From Thermococcus sp. JdFR-02 (GTDB lineage: Archaea > Methanobacteriota_B > Thermococci > Thermococcales > Thermococcaceae): a stretch of 50,306 nt of DNA. Each line of letters begins with the position of its first letter. Within the stretch, counting starts at the first letter, position 1. Shown here piece by piece: positions 38,895 through 49,180 of the stretch. Under the pieces are notes generated by a model, which made no database searches, had not been told where the DNA came from, and saw nothing but the letters and a program-made list of their open reading frames with translations. The translations under genes were made by a program, and so were the position numbers. The stretch is taken from NCBI GenBank assembly GCA_002009975.1, contig MTLP01000005.1:1-50306 (forward strand), in the 5' to 3' direction.

Positions 38895-39923
38895 ATGCAC
38901 GAGATTCATGAAAGAGAGATATTAGAAAAGCTTAGAGAACTTAATGCTAAAAGAGTATTAATTCAAACCCCTGAAGGCTTAAAGAAGGAAGCACAGTATT
39001 TAGCAGACTTTTTGGAAGAGAATGGAATTGAGGTTATTATTAGCGGAGACATTAATTATGGTGCTTGTGATCCTGCTGATAGGGAAGCAAAGCTTCTCGG
39101 TTGTGATGCTTTAGTTCATTTGGGGCATTCGTATATGCAGCTCAATTTGGAAGTTCCAACTATTTTTGTGCCAGCCTTTGCAAAAGTTGATATTGTTAAA
39201 GCTTTGGAGAAAAATCTTGAGCAAATTAAAAAGCTTGGTAAGAGAATAGCTTTGGTTACAACTGTTCAGCACATAAAAGACTTGCCTAATGTAAAAGAGT
39301 TCTTAAGAAGCAAAGGTTTTGAAGTTTTCATTGGAAAAGGTGATAACAGGGTTTCTTTTGCAGGTCAAGTCTTAGGGTGCAACTTCACTGCTGCAAAGGT
39401 TAGTGAAGAAGTTGATGGCATTTTATTTATCGGTGCAGGCTATTTTCATCCAATAGGCGTAGCATTGGCAACTAAAAAACCTACTTTAGCCATTAATCCC
39501 TACAGCGGAGATGCCCTGTGGATGGATGTTGAAGTTGGGAGAATAATAAGGAAACGCTGGGCTCAAATTGCTAAAGCTTACGATGCAAAGAAGTTTGGGG
39601 TAATAATAAGCACAAAGAAGGGACAACTGAGATTAAATGAAGCTAAGAGGATTGTCAAGTTATTGAGAGAGCATGGGAGGGAAGCAAAGCTCATTGCAAT
39701 GAACTACATAAATCCAGAAGCACTGGAAGGTTTTGATTTTGATGCTTACGTAGTAGTTGCCTGTCCAAGGGTTCCAATTGATGATGTTGAGAGGTGGAGA
39801 AAAGCAGTTCTAACGCCTAAAGAGGTTGAAATTTTGCTTGGTTTGAGGGAAGAATATCAGTTCGATGAAATTTTGGGAGGAGAAAGGAAAAAAGATGAAC
39901 CTTTAGGAATTAGTTTAAGGTGA
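38895..39923 (+). CDS. dph2: Diphthamide synthesis enzyme Dph2
   Basis: QTPEGLK, YGACD, GQVLGC, VACPRV. Confidence 0.95.
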   Translation: MHEIHEREILEKLRELNAKRVLIQTPEGLKKEAQYLADFLEENGIEVIISGDINYGACDPADREAKLLGCDALVHLGHSYMQLNLEVPTIFVPAFAKVDIVKALEKNLEQIKKLGKRIALVTTVQHIKDLPNVKEFLRSKGFEVFIGKGDNRVSFAGQVLGCNFTAAKVSEEVDGILFIGAGYFHPIGVALATKKPTLAINPYSGDALWMDVEVGRIIRKRWAQIAKAYDAKKFGVIISTKKGQLRLNEAKRIVKLLREHGREAKLIAMNYINPEALEGFDFDAYVVVACPRVPIDDVERWRKAVLTPKEVEILLGLREEYQFDEILGGERKKDEPLGISLR

Positions 39924-39927
39924 TTTG

Positions 39928-40542
39928 ATGAAGAAGAAGCATCTTGCAATTATTCTTTCTAAGCTAAAGGGCTTTGAGAATCCAAAAATAGAGTTGGAGC
40001 AATATAGAACACCGGGAAACGTTGCAGCTGAAATGCTTTGGTTAGCCTATTCTTTAGGCGATATTGAAGAAAGGATTATAGCGGATTTAGGTGCTGGGAC
40101 TGGAGTTTTGAGTGTTGGGGCTTGTCTTTTAGGTGCAAAGAAAGTTTATGCTGTTGAGATTGATGAGAAAGCATTAATGATAGCTAAAGAAAATGCTAAA
40201 AACTTAAATTTAGAAGGCTGTGTTGAGCTAATTTTATCTGATGTTCGCTTTTTTGATAAAAAGATTGACACAGTCGTTATGAACCCTCCTTTCGGCTCTC
40301 AAAACCCTAAAGCAGACAGACCTTTCCTAATGAAAGCGTTTGAAATAAGTGACGTTATTTATTCGATTCACCTAGCAAAGGAAGAAGTTAGAAGGTTTAT
40401 TGAAGCTTTTGTAAATGATAATGGTTTCAAAATTACGCATCGCTTAACATTAGACTTTGAAATTCCAGCTCAATTTTTCTTCCATAAAAAGAGATTGGAA
40501 CGGATAAAAGTTGATGTTTATAGATTTGAGAGGGAAAAATAA
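39928..40542 (+). CDS. METTL5-family RNA adenine-N6 methyltransferase
   Basis: LEQYRTP, DLGAGTG, MNPPFG. Confidence 0.88.
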   Translation: MKKKHLAIILSKLKGFENPKIELEQYRTPGNVAAEMLWLAYSLGDIEERIIADLGAGTGVLSVGACLLGAKKVYAVEIDEKALMIAKENAKNLNLEGCVELILSDVRFFDKKIDTVVMNPPFGSQNPKADRPFLMKAFEISDVIYSIHLAKEEVRRFIEAFVNDNGFKITHRLTLDFEIPAQFFFHKKRLERIKVDVYRFEREK

Positions 40543-40606
40543 TTGTTTAAGGGTCAAAATCTTCCAAATTAATCATAGTTGAGATTTTCACTTTTATAGT
40601 TATCAA

Positions 40607-41671
40607 TCATTGTTCTTTCTCAATTCTGACTCTGAGCTCCTCTGCAAACCAGTTCACTCTTTGTGGGAATGGAATTTCGATTCCTTCTTTATCTAAAGCC
40701 TCTTTGACCCTTTGAACTATTTGAGTTCTAACATCAAACCACTTTTCACTTGGCGCCCATGCTCTAACCGAGATGATAATGCTATTATCAGCGAGCTCAT
40801 TAACAAAAACTGTTGGCTCTGGCTCGGCTAAAACGTAAGGCATTTCATCGAGCGTTTTCTTTATAACCTCAATAGCTTTATTTACATCCTCTCTGTAGGC
40901 AATGCCAATTTTAATGTCAACTCTCCTTGCTGGATACCTCATTAGATTTCTAATTTCAGAATTGAAGACTTTTTCATTTGGGATTCTTACTAGAGTTCCA
41001 TCCCATGTCCTGATTCTTGTTGATAGAATTCTAATATCGTTTACAATACCGCCATAGCCCGCTATCTCAACTGGATCACCAATTTTTAAGGGTCTGTCAA
41101 AGTACATGAAAATACCAGACACAAAGTTTGCTATAACTGTTTGAGCTGAAAAACCTAAAACTATGCCCGTTATTCCACCTGCAACTAAAAGGGAGTCGAT
41201 GTTCTCTAAAAAGCCAGCAACGTCAAGAGATACAATTAATGCAGCAAAGACTATTATGTAATAGAAAAGCTTGGCTTTAATCTGAGCTTCTTCAACTTTT
41301 CCCTTTTGAACACCGCTCATTAGTAGATAGTCTTTTGATTTTTTGGCGATTAAATATGAGAAGTAGAAAACTACAACAGCGGAAATGATGTTTCTAATTG
41401 TAGTCCCTGCTATCTCGTAAGAAAGAATTCTTTCCCCTAAAACGCTTAGCGAACCAACTAGTGATAAAATAATTATGAATTTAAAAGTCAGGTTTGCTGT
41501 ATCCTCATTTATTATCCAAACATAGCGGGTAGTCCTTGATAGAGAAATTAAGTAGGATTTGAGGGCTTTTGCAAGAATGATGCCAATTAAAAGAATAATT
41601 AAAGCTTTAGCTATCATTAAAAAAGTTATTCCACTGATAATTTGCTGGTTAAACAAGTTTGTGACATTCAT
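40607..41671 (-). CDS. mscS: Small-conductance mechanosensitive channel
   Basis: GIVLGFSAQTVIANFVSG, IRTWDGTLVRIPN, GIEIPFPQR. Confidence 0.92.
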   Translation of the reverse strand: MNVTNLFNQQIISGITFLMIAKALIILLIGIILAKALKSYLISLSRTTRYVWIINEDTANLTFKFIIILSLVGSLSVLGERILSYEIAGTTIRNIISAVVVFYFSYLIAKKSKDYLLMSGVQKGKVEEAQIKAKLFYYIIVFAALIVSLDVAGFLENIDSLLVAGGITGIVLGFSAQTVIANFVSGIFMYFDRPLKIGDPVEIAGYGGIVNDIRILSTRIRTWDGTLVRIPNEKVFNSEIRNLMRYPARRVDIKIGIAYREDVNKAIEVIKKTLDEMPYVLAEPEPTVFVNELADNSIIISVRAWAPSEKWFDVRTQIVQRVKEALDKEGIEIPFPQRVNWFAEELRVRIEKEQ

Positions 41672-41673
41672 CC

Positions 41674-42312
41674 TCACCACCTCATTAGGAAGTTCGGTAA
41701 AGCTAAAAGCTCCATTGTGGCGTTTAATCCCTCTTTGGGAGGTTTCCCTGTGTTGTTAACTTCTAGGATGTTGTTCTTTATCGTTACAACTAGGAGAGGA
41801 TAATAGGCTTTGTCGTTTGAATAAAACATCACACTGTTTTTTATTGGAAAAACTATTCTTTCAAGCATTTTCCAGTCTTTTGATGGATTACTTACAATTA
41901 TTTTTGCAGTTCCTAAAGCTTTAGGTTCTTCTAAGTGAAAATCGCTCACATGATAGCGTGTTATCACTCCAACATCAACAGTGCCATACAGAGCGTATTT
42001 TTCCCTTCCAATGTTAAAGTGATCAATAATTAGCTCACCAACCTTTACATCAACTTCAATTGGAGCTTCAACAAATCCTGTTAAGACATTTTTTGGAGGC
42101 ACAACTATGGGCTCTTTAAGCTTGAGCATCATCAAGTCAACTCCATAACCTACAGCTGGAGATGGAAGAATTCTTGGAGTTTCTTCACCTTTTTTAATAA
42201 TCCTCCTAACTTCATCCCGCTTGTAGATAATTATGTCTCCTTTTTCTTCAAACTCTATCTGATAATTGCCGACTAAAAATCTTTGAGCTTTAAGCTCTAT
42301 ATCTCCAAACAT
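41674..42312 (-). CDS. DUF432-like protein
   Basis: KYALYGT..G motif and the usual position upstream of mscS. Confidence 0.65.
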   Translation of the reverse strand: MFGDIELKAQRFLVGNYQIEFEEKGDIIIYKRDEVRRIIKKGEETPRILPSPAVGYGVDLMMLKLKEPIVVPPKNVLTGFVEAPIEVDVKVGELIIDHFNIGREKYALYGTVDVGVITRYHVSDFHLEEPKALGTAKIIVSNPSKDWKMLERIVFPIKNSVMFYSNDKAYYPLLVVTIKNNILEVNNTGKPPKEGLNATMELLALPNFLMRW

Positions 42313-42425
42313 AAAGAAAGATAAGCATTAAAGGATTTAAAGTTTGTTAAAATGAATGAACGTCCGAATGAGATTTAAAGGATGAACTCAAATTTTGCTT
42401 TAGGCGAATTAAAGGAGGTGTTTAG

Positions 42426-43196
42426 ATGTATGAGAGAGAAAAGCTTTTAGGTGAAATAAGAGAGCTGATGGAAAATGAAGAGCTTTTTAAACTTTTCAAA
42501 GAAGCTTTTGAAAGGTATGAGTGTTATTTCAACACAACAAATTACATAGTTTTAAACATTTATCGCTTTAACGATCATGGAGTGATTCACGTTTTGCTAA
42601 CAGTGAGAAGAGCTTTAGAAATTTTGAGAATACTTAAAAAGTTTGGCATTAGCACTACAGCTGAACAATTAGGAAAACCTTTTGAATGGAGCAAGTTCAT
42701 AGTTGCTTTTGGAGCATTGTTCCATGATATTGGAAACTCAATTCATAGGGAAAACCATTATCTATTCAGCGTTTTATTGGCAGAGCCTATAATTGATGAA
42801 TTTGTGAAGAAATTTGAAAGAGAAGACTGGCTTTTGCTTAAAGCTTTAACCTTAAACGCAATTTATACTCATGACGAGGCAATGCAGTGCACGACCATTG
42901 AAGGGAGCTGTGTAACAATTGCGGATGGCTGTGATATGGAGGAGGGAAGGAGTAGATTAGCTTATAAGAGGGATAAAGTTGATATTCATGCCGTTTCAGC
43001 ATTGGCTATAAATAAGGTTGAGATTAAAGAAGGAGATGAGAGAACTCCAATCCTAATTGAAATTTGGATGAAGCATCTTGCAGGAATATTCCAAGTTGAT
43101 GAAATTCTGACCAAAAAAGTTAAGCATTCTCTTTTAAGCGGAAAAGTCATGATTAAAATTCATGCAGAGAATCAAATTTTAGAAAAGATAGTGTGA
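42426..43196 (+). CDS. HD-domain phosphohydrolase
   Basis: NDHGVIH, FHDIGN, IADGCD. Confidence 0.85.
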   Translation: MYEREKLLGEIRELMENEELFKLFKEAFERYECYFNTTNYIVLNIYRFNDHGVIHVLLTVRRALEILRILKKFGISTTAEQLGKPFEWSKFIVAFGALFHDIGNSIHRENHYLFSVLLAEPIIDEFVKKFEREDWLLLKALTLNAIYTHDEAMQCTTIEGSCVTIADGCDMEEGRSRLAYKRDKVDIHAVSALAINKVEIKEGDERTPILIEIWMKHLAGIFQVDEILTKKVKHSLLSGKVMIKIHAENQILEKIV

Positions 43197-43197
43197 G

Positions 43198-43851
43198 GTG
43201 ATATTTATCCTCTTTGATGCGTATAGAGACTTGAAGTATCTCCTTAATAGGGGCTATAGAAAAAGCATTGCCCTAAATTTTGTGGCTAATCATTATAAGC
43301 TTAGACTTAAGGAGAGACATCTCTTGGCTAGATGTGTTTTTAGCGATGAGGATATAGAGACTAGGATGAAAAAAATAAAGCCTATGTGTTTTATAGAAGG
43401 TAAAACACTTGCAGTTGATGGATTCAATGTTTTGATAACCCTTGAGTCCGTTCTTGAAGGAAAAGCCGTTCTTTGTGAAGATAATATAGTTAGGGATTTA
43501 AAATACCAAGGAGGTTACAAGCAAAGGAAAAACACTGCAAAAACACTTGAACTTCTAATATCTTTTATTTCCAAATTTAGTCCAAAAGAAGTGGTTTTTT
43601 TCTACGATGCTCCAATAAGCGGAAGCGGAAAAATTGCTAAGCTAACTGAGGAAATTTTAAGAAAGTTCAACCTTCTCGGTGAGGCTAAGACTGTTAAAGG
43701 AGTTGATAAAGAATTAAAGCGGTTCGAAGTAGTCGCTACCTCTGATATTGGCGTGATAGACAAGGTCCCCTATATTATCGATTTGCCTTTTGAAATTGCA
43801 AAAAATAGAAGCATTAAAATAAAAAAGCTTGAAGAAATACTGCAATCTTAA
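43198..43851 (+). CDS. DUF434-like protein (PIN/NYN-like fold)
   Basis: YLLNRGY, VDGFNVLIT, DAPISGSG, ATSD. Confidence 0.75.
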   Translation: MIFILFDAYRDLKYLLNRGYRKSIALNFVANHYKLRLKERHLLARCVFSDEDIETRMKKIKPMCFIEGKTLAVDGFNVLITLESVLEGKAVLCEDNIVRDLKYQGGYKQRKNTAKTLELLISFISKFSPKEVVFFYDAPISGSGKIAKLTEEILRKFNLLGEAKTVKGVDKELKRFEVVATSDIGVIDKVPYIIDLPFEIAKNRSIKIKKLEEILQS

Positions 43852-43893
43852 TACCGCATTTTGAGTCTTGTTCTAAAGATAAAATAAAAAAGA

Positions 43894-44895
43894 TCAGTTG
43901 TCTTTTTTGAGTTCTTTGTATTCGTAGGACACGCCTTCATCAACGATTGTATAAACTTCACTTGATCCTGTTTCATAATGCATTATAGGTTTGTCAAGTA
44001 GCTCAAAGGCTTTTCTTAAATCATCTTTTGTAGCTAATGCTATTTTTTTGTCAACTCTGTTTGGAATCCCTTCGATTATATACTGTCTCAAATCCTTTAA
44101 CTCGTCTTTCGGAGCTTTTCCTTTTGCGGTATACACCATGCCAAAGAGAGGTATACCCGTAAAGAGCATTAACACTGAGAACAATATTTTTCCTGTTCTA
44201 ACTTCTACAGACCTCCCAAGAAATGTTAAGAAATTTTGCTGTTCTTTGCTTTCAATTATGTTTTTTCTTGTAACTTTCTCCTCATTTGTGAAGTATATAA
44301 GTCCAGTTGCTGTGTCTTCAACAAGACCGATACTTTGAGTAAAGTCCTCTAGTATATTTTCATTGGCAATGATTCCAGAGGGTTTTGTATGAAATACTAA
44401 CCTCACTTCACGTGAAAGTCTTGGAATTTTAAGCGTCTGCTTTATCTCCGCGGATCTTGCATTAATGACTTGTAAGTTGAAGAAAACTGCTTCACTTGCG
44501 GTTCCATTCTTTAAAATTCCTTCTTTCTTTAAGATGCTTTCATCCCAAAGCACTATCTTCTCGTTCCCCTTTGAGACGTAGTAGATTGTGATAATCTCAA
44601 GCGTGTAATTTCCGTTAACATTTTCTCTAGGAGAAAAAGAGTACCTATAAACTCCTGAAATGTTTTTAGTTATATCTCGAGGGTAATATTCCATGCTTTG
44701 AGGGGTTTTGTAAAGTGAATTATTTGAGAAAATACCCTCATGATGAAAAACACCTTTCTGCGTATAGCTTCCTACTGCTGTATTTACCATTAAAACTGAG
44801 TCCTTTTGAAACGCCATAATTGTTAGCGTTGAAAAAGATAGAAAAAGAAACAAAAGAGTTCCTAGCGCGATTTTTTTCTTTTTAACTTTTTTCAT
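43894..44895 (-). CDS. DUF5305-like membrane-anchored protein
   Basis: N- and C-terminal TM helices, tail ..DKPIMHY..YTIVDEGVSYEY; end of the signal-peptidase cluster. Confidence 0.6.
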   Translation of the reverse strand: MKKVKKKKIALGTLLFLFLSFSTLTIMAFQKDSVLMVNTAVGSYTQKGVFHHEGIFSNNSLYKTPQSMEYYPRDITKNISGVYRYSFSPRENVNGNYTLEIITIYYVSKGNEKIVLWDESILKKEGILKNGTASEAVFFNLQVINARSAEIKQTLKIPRLSREVRLVFHTKPSGIIANENILEDFTQSIGLVEDTATGLIYFTNEEKVTRKNIIESKEQQNFLTFLGRSVEVRTGKILFSVLMLFTGIPLFGMVYTAKGKAPKDELKDLRQYIIEGIPNRVDKKIALATKDDLRKAFELLDKPIMHYETGSSEVYTIVDEGVSYEYKELKKDN

Positions 44896-44917
44896 TTTTT
44901 AAACACCTAGTTTAATC

Positions 44918-45829
44918 TCAATTATCCGTCACAATAACAGTTATAGGGCTTGTGACAATCCCATAATTTGTTAGATTTGCACCATCATTTAGGTTGTAGA
45001 TACCGGGGCTTGTGTACCCTATGTGACAGCAAGATTGGTGTCCACAGTGACATTTTTCTCTTGTAGTGACAGTAATGTTCATATGAGCTGAAGTACCTGC
45101 AGGGAGATCAAATGTCCATGTTATCTTTGTTGCGCCTAGACCATGACAATTCCCCATTTTAACAGCTGTATAGTTTCCTACACTTACTGAAGTCTGAGCT
45201 AAGTTCACTTCAAGTTCAGCTGGAATTGTATCCTTTACTATCAAGTTGTTTTTATCTCCACCATTGTTTACGACGGTTATTCTCATCATCCAAGTTTGGT
45301 TTGTATTTACTGGAAAGACCGTTGGTCCTGATATTAGATCCTTTGTTATTGTAATTAGAGGTCCGATGACATTAATCCTTAGAGGGCATGTGCTGACTTC
45401 TGCATCCCCCGTGTTCCAAGTTCCATAGAGAGTTAGAGGAACCTCATAATCCCCTGTGACATCACCAGCACTTATGACTCCAGTGAAAGTGTACGTATCT
45501 TGATCATATAAGAGAATCCACTCACTCTCAATGTCTACATCAAGTGAGGGAGGTAGGGATGAATAATCTCCTTCAATTCTAAGGTTTAAGTTCTCTCCAA
45601 GTTTGTTTTCTACTGATAGGACATCAAAAACTCCTGACGAATTAGCTTCTATAGTCACAATGTTTGACGAATTTTGATACTCACAGTAATAGCTTATGTA
45701 TGAGGAATTTCCAGCGACGATATCAATTTGGAAATTCCGTTTGCTATCATATTCTCTGAAAGTTCCACTGGAGCTAATTAGTATTAAAAAGCTTATTGCT
45801 AACAGAAATAGTAGTTTAAGTATTTTCAT
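44918..45829 (-). CDS. Exported fibre-tip/adhesin-like protein with a Cys/His-rich loop
   Basis: Signal ending SSGTFREYDSKR; Ig-like DUF11-type domain (ITKD..ITVVNNG..VKDTIP); CHCGHQSCCH. Confidence 0.55.
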   Translation of the reverse strand: MKILKLLFLLAISFLILISSSGTFREYDSKRNFQIDIVAGNSSYISYYCEYQNSSNIVTIEANSSGVFDVLSVENKLGENLNLRIEGDYSSLPPSLDVDIESEWILLYDQDTYTFTGVISAGDVTGDYEVPLTLYGTWNTGDAEVSTCPLRINVIGPLITITKDLISGPTVFPVNTNQTWMMRITVVNNGGDKNNLIVKDTIPAELEVNLAQTSVSVGNYTAVKMGNCHGLGATKITWTFDLPAGTSAHMNITVTTREKCHCGHQSCCHIGYTSPGIYNLNDGANLTNYGIVTSPITVIVTDN

Positions 45830-46902
45830 AGTCTCATACCCCTTCTTATTCTTTTAAAAATCCCAAAAGTTCCAGAACGATGAACCCGATATCTAATTAC
45901 CTCTTCATTTCCAACTCCTGCAATGAGATGTAACAGCAAAAACAACAATGCAGCTTCTCCAATATATGCGATAAATGGCAGATATGGACTTTTGGAGTAA
46001 AGAACGCCAATTATGCTAATTGGGACTATTGGAAGGTAAGCATACACATCGATTTTTTCAGTAAAGAGTCTTGTTTCCTTTGGAACATTAATAGTTAATT
46101 TAATGTCCTTGTTTTCCCCACTAGAAATTTTGAAGGAATTCTCTCCATTTATCTGTATTCTGTCGCCCCGTGGTTCTATGAAGTAATAAAATGGATAAAC
46201 CGCTCTGTTTTGCAAAGAAAGTTCTTTTTCAAAGGTAGATTCCGGAAGATACCATCCCTCATTTTGTCCTCCCGCAAGAGTTGAGGAATATCCAAATGAC
46301 AAAGTTCCCCAAGACAGCATCATTGAGAGAATCAAAATTGCTATTGTCAGAGCAGATGTGATTATATAAACAGTTTTAAATTTAATTTTGATAACTTTCT
46401 GTCTTTTTCTTTTCTTCTCATTTTTGTCGTTAAGTGTTACCAAAACACCTCCAAAAATTAAGAGTGCTGCAGCAACATAAAAGTTTGATATTTTATTTGA
46501 TATCGTCTTAACATAACCTCCAACTTTTGGCACCGTTAGAGGTGTCCCTTTAATAACTATAACCTTGCCAATTATATCTTTTGATTTTATCTCAGGATTT
46601 TTGCCCTCTTGTTGATCTGTAGCGATATTGTTATCCCCTTTTGTTATATATCCTTCAGCCCCTTTTGCATAAATTCTGTGTACCGTCCACTGACCTTTCA
46701 TATTATAAACGATTATATCTCCAACATCTCCTTTTGACAGTGGATTTATGAAGAAAAAGTCTCCTTTTTTCAAGGTTGGATTCATGCTGTCCGAATAAAC
46801 ATATGATACAAGAACGGGCATATCCAAAATAAATCCTGCTATAGATGCAAACAAAAATACAACTATGATCCCTGTTAAAACTCCTTCAAGTATCTTTATC
46901 AT
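45826..46902 (-). CDS. Signal peptidase I (Sec11/SipW type) with a C-terminal extension
   Basis: SDSMNPTL (Ser), TVHRI (His), TKGDNN..D. Confidence 0.88.
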   Translation of the reverse strand: MIKILEGVLTGIIVVFLFASIAGFILDMPVLVSYVYSDSMNPTLKKGDFFFINPLSKGDVGDIIVYNMKGQWTVHRIYAKGAEGYITKGDNNIATDQQEGKNPEIKSKDIIGKVIVIKGTPLTVPKVGGYVKTISNKISNFYVAAALLIFGGVLVTLNDKNEKKRKRQKVIKIKFKTVYIITSALTIAILILSMMLSWGTLSFGYSSTLAGGQNEGWYLPESTFEKELSLQNRAVYPFYYFIEPRGDRIQINGENSFKISSGENKDIKLTINVPKETRLFTEKIDVYAYLPIVPISIIGVLYSKSPYLPFIAYIGEAALLFLLLHLIAGVGNEEVIRYRVHRSGTFGIFKRIRRGMRL

Positions 46903-47396
46903 TCACATGCACCTTCAAAAGCTTGTATTTTAATTGTTCCAGAGGCATTTCCAATGTTAAAGTTTGTAGTGTTTATTTGCATCCCAATATTCATAATTTC
47001 GTTGGCTCCGAGAGTTATTGCAATGCTTTCACTTGGATTATTATCTAAGTAGTAAAATTTCAATCCAGTCATTTGAGATGTTACAATTACGCAGATAACA
47101 TCTGCTCCGGTTTTAGTTACATTATTTTCAACAAACATAACATCATCGAAAGTGTAAGTAGAATCCTTACTAAGTCCTTCCCCATAGTTGGGATAAAGAG
47201 GACTTTGTGAGCTTATATCAATTGTTAAGTTCTCTCCGTGATAGAGAAAAGCATAGGGAGGAAGTGGTGTTTCAATATTATCCGGAGTATCAGAAACATT
47301 CCCATCAAAGGCATAAGAAATTGGAATAGGCTTACTAACACTAATTCCAAAGAATAACATGAATACAATGATTAATAATGCGATTTTTATGTTCAT
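46899..47396 (-). CDS. DUF1102-like exported protein, paralogue 3
   Basis: LPPYA, GEGLSKDSTYTFDDVM motif shared with the neighbours. Confidence 0.65.
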   Translation of the reverse strand: MNIKIALLIIVFMLFFGISVSKPIPISYAFDGNVSDTPDNIETPLPPYAFLYHGENLTIDISSQSPLYPNYGEGLSKDSTYTFDDVMFVENNVTKTGADVICVIVTSQMTGLKFYYLDNNPSESIAITLGANEIMNIGMQINTTNFNIGNASGTIKIQAFEGACE

Positions 47397-47473
47397 TGTT
47401 TTTTCTCTCCACAAAGTTAAGGTATTATGAAGAGCAAAGGCTCTTCCAAATCTTCAAAATTCTAGTATTTTCA

Positions 47474-48019
47474 CTATGGGCATGCGCCAGCAACTGCTTC
47501 TATGTTCATTTGTGTTTGGTATGATCCCAAGCTCATGTTTGTATTGTCGAATATAAATCCGATCTTAACTGGACTTCCATGATTTACTGTAAAGGTTATG
47601 CTATCACTTGGACCAGCTGTTGGAGCGTCATAATCACCTGCAAATATTTCAACATCGTATGCTCCTGCAACGCTAATTGTTACACAAATTGGGTAAGCAG
47701 TTTTATTGTTTTCCCAAAGGTCGTTACTGACTTCAAACATTTCCTCAAAGACATAGGTTGTGTTTGGGCTTAATCCAGTTCCTCCCCAAGCAGGTCTATT
47801 TGGGTTGTACTGACCGATGTCAATGTAAAGTTTTCCACCGCTCAGCCTTGCATATGGCTGGATTGGAGTTAAGTCGATGAGTTCGTTGTCGTCTGCAACT
47901 ATTGCAACTGTAATGTCTCTCTCGGCTTCGTAATATCTAAAGTTAGCGCCTGCGCCAACTGCTAAAACCATCCCTATTAGAAGTAGGGCTAAACCAATAA
48001 GTTTATTCATTTTTCTCAA
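47474..48019 (-). CDS. DUF1102-like exported protein, paralogue 2
   Basis: GAGANFRYYEAER, DDNELIDLTPIQPYA, GLSPNTTYVFEEMFEVSNDLWE. Confidence 0.7.
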   Translation of the reverse strand: MRKMNKLIGLALLLIGMVLAVGAGANFRYYEAERDITVAIVADDNELIDLTPIQPYARLSGGKLYIDIGQYNPNRPAWGGTGLSPNTTYVFEEMFEVSNDLWENNKTAYPICVTISVAGAYDVEIFAGDYDAPTAGPSDSITFTVNHGSPVKIGFIFDNTNMSLGSYQTQMNIEAVAGACP

Positions 48020-48035
48020 TCCTCCTCAAAATTCA

Positions 48036-48626
48036 CTATTGTCCGCACTTTCCTACGAGCTCTGCTGGTTCTGTTCCTAGTCTGTAAGCCTTAATGCTCA
48101 TGTGCTCATCCCAAACGTCTCCTGGGGTGTCACCGTCTGTACTGATATCTATTCCCACTTTAACTGCATCGTTTGGACCAACAACAAAACAAACGTCTTC
48201 GTCTGCTACATCTGAAGAACTAACGACTGTTCCGTTTGCAACTTCATGAACGTCTCCTTCGTGTCCATAGAATTCAATTCCAGTAACACTTGAAGTTATT
48301 CTGACAACTATTGTCATATTGTCTTCCCAAAGATCATTGCTGACTTCAAAGACCTCATCAAAGTTATATTCTGCTGATGGACTTATGCCGTCCCCATATC
48401 CTGGATAGTTTGGATTCTCAGTTGAGAAGTCTATCACTAAAACACCTGCATCACTTATGTATGCATATGGTTGAAGTGGCGTTAAGTCAATAAGTTCATT
48501 GTCGTCCGGAACAATTTCCCAATGGACGCTTCTGCTGGCATTGTAGTCACTAAAATTTGCCCCCGCTCCAAGAACGAGCCCAAAGGCAACTAAAAGACCA
48601 AAAATACCAAGTATTATTTTTCTCAT
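48036..48626 (-). CDS. DUF1102-like exported protein, paralogue 1
   Basis: GAGANFSDYNASR, DDNELIDLTPLQPYA, GISPSAEYNFDEVFEVSNDLWE. Confidence 0.7.
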   Translation of the reverse strand: MRKIILGIFGLLVAFGLVLGAGANFSDYNASRSVHWEIVPDDNELIDLTPLQPYAYISDAGVLVIDFSTENPNYPGYGDGISPSAEYNFDEVFEVSNDLWEDNMTIVVRITSSVTGIEFYGHEGDVHEVANGTVVSSSDVADEDVCFVVGPNDAVKVGIDISTDGDTPGDVWDEHMSIKAYRLGTEPAELVGKCGQ

Positions 48627-48733
48627 TTTTTCATCTCCTTAAAAAATTTCGAGCCCTCATACAAGGGCATCATCTAGAGAGTTAGTCATTGTTGTATATA
48701 GGTAATGAGAACAATACTGGGGGTAATGGAGAA

Positions 48734-49180
48734 TTACTCTCCGTTTTTTAGGAGTAAATGCTCCTTTGATCTGTGAATTATTGAGAGACTTAGGAAAACC
48801 ATTGATATGAAAACTCCATGCCAGTTCGTTATGGCATAGCTTATAATTGCTGAACTTAAAGAAAGAAGAATATAGAAAGTTGACCATCGAATGTCATTTT
48901 CTCTTACAATTTCCAAATAAACACTCACATTTTCAGGAACCTTGATAAGTCGAACTGTTCCTGCCCTATAGGTTATTACTCCTTCTCTTTCCATCTTAGG
49001 GAGATGGGTTTGGATTAAACTTACATATATGCTCTTTCTATGCTTCCTATCAGTCTTACCTTCCCTCTCAGCTATGTACTCAACTACATCCCTAAGATCC
49101 GCATACCCACTTGATTTTTGAAGAAACTCTACCACAAACATTCTTCTATCGTTTCCAAGGAGCATTGCTGAAGTATTCAT
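48734..49180 (-). CDS. Membrane-anchored wHTH regulator
   Basis: LGNDRR, IYVSLIQTHLPKM; two C-terminal TM helices. Confidence 0.7.
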   Translation of the reverse strand: MNTSAMLLGNDRRMFVVEFLQKSSGYADLRDVVEYIAEREGKTDRKHRKSIYVSLIQTHLPKMEREGVITYRAGTVRLIKVPENVSVYLEIVRENDIRWSTFYILLSLSSAIISYAITNWHGVFISMVFLSLSIIHRSKEHLLLKNGE

